A stretch of 64,000 nucleotides of DNA from Macrostomum lignano (taxonomy: Eukaryota): contig NIVC01001709.1 in NCBI GenBank assembly GCA_002269645.1, positions 183,234-247,233 of the forward strand. The letters are read 5' to 3'. Below the pieces are notes generated by a model. It was not told the DNA's origin, did not search any database, and saw only the letters and a list, made by a program, of their open reading frames with translations. Position numbers and translations under genes: made by a program. Shown piece by piece: positions 63,230-64,000 of the stretch. Numbering within the stretch: position 1 is the first letter of the stretch; each line of letters opens with the position of its first letter.

Positions 63230-63490
63230 GCAGAGCAGAGAGGAGAGGAGAGGAGAGGAGAGGAGAGGAGAGTAGAGGAGAGGAGAGGAGAGGAGAGAGG
63301 AGAGAGAGGAGAGGAGAGGAGAGGAAGGAGAGTAGAGGAGAGGAGAGGAAAGGATAGGAGAGTAGAGAGAGGAGAGGAGAGAGGAGAGGAGAGGAGAGGA
63401 GAGGAGAGGAGAGGAAGAGGAGAGAGAGAGGAGAGGAGAGGAGAGGAGAGGAGAGGAGAGGAGGGAGAGAGAGAGAGAGGAGAGAGAGGA
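63230..63490. repeat. (GAGGA)n-type purine microsatellite
   Basis: Read directly. Confidence 0.92.
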
Positions 63491-64000
63491 TCCAGCCTGA
63501 TCAGCACGCTGTCAGGCTCGCAGCGGCTGTGATTAGCCATGGGCCATGGGAGATTTCTCCACTGCTCGGCAAACCGCGGGACAGAAGCATTTCTTACGGC
63601 CAGCTTTCCTCCTTGGCGCCAGCTCTTCTCCTTCAGCCGGAGGGGAGTATTGGGAGATTATTCCCCTCCCGTCAGTCCTCTCTGGACGGGAGCCCCAAGG
63701 AGGATTACAAGAGCTCGGAGGTAGAGTCTATTCGCAGTTTTTTTGCCCCCCCGCAGCGGTGCGGGATTTGGCGAGTATAGAAGAGAGTGGAAGGCATTTT
63801 TTAACAATTCTCTCCCTCTCTGTTCCAGCGCGCAGAGGCTGTTGCCACTATCTGGCTTTGCCGCTGTTTGAGCACGGGAGCTAAAGGAGAGACGGGGGCC
63901 GGCCTGAGCACCGCAAGGGCCAGCGGGCCATGGCGTACAGAACCGGGAGGTTGGCCGTTCCTAGATTGCTGCTCAGGCCTGCAGCTGAGGTAGGGGGGGG

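Overview
Eukaryotic (animal) genomic DNA. GC-rich exons with poly-Ala/Gln linkers and introns full of minisatellites resemble a free-living flatworm such as Macrostomum; that assignment is inference. Three host genes lie on the minus strand: (1) the first coding exon of a group I-like metabotropic glutamate receptor (8343-7391); (2) a near-complete multi-exon MASK/ANKHD1-ANKRD17 orthologue (about 30.6 kb down to 20513, with a possible first exon at 35.5-35.6 kb); (3) the last exon of a 5-HT7-like serotonin receptor (59369-59107). A large fraction of the window is tandem repeat (about 28 distinct mini- and microsatellite arrays). Mobile elements include a degenerate RNase H-bearing non-LTR retrotransposon (1-3458), an RTE fragment, two tRNA-derived SINE families and five short DNA elements delimited by TIRs and target-site duplications (TSDs). 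Four of these DNA elements cluster, two of them nested, in an AT-rich 5.5 kb block. The main pattern worth following up is the repeated physical coupling of mobile elements and minisatellites: an array inside a TIR/TSD-bounded MITE, several SINE copies abutting arrays, and a different array in nearly every MASK intron. No CRISPR, rRNA or intact tRNA gene was found. All coordinates were read by eye; repeat boundaries are approximate.
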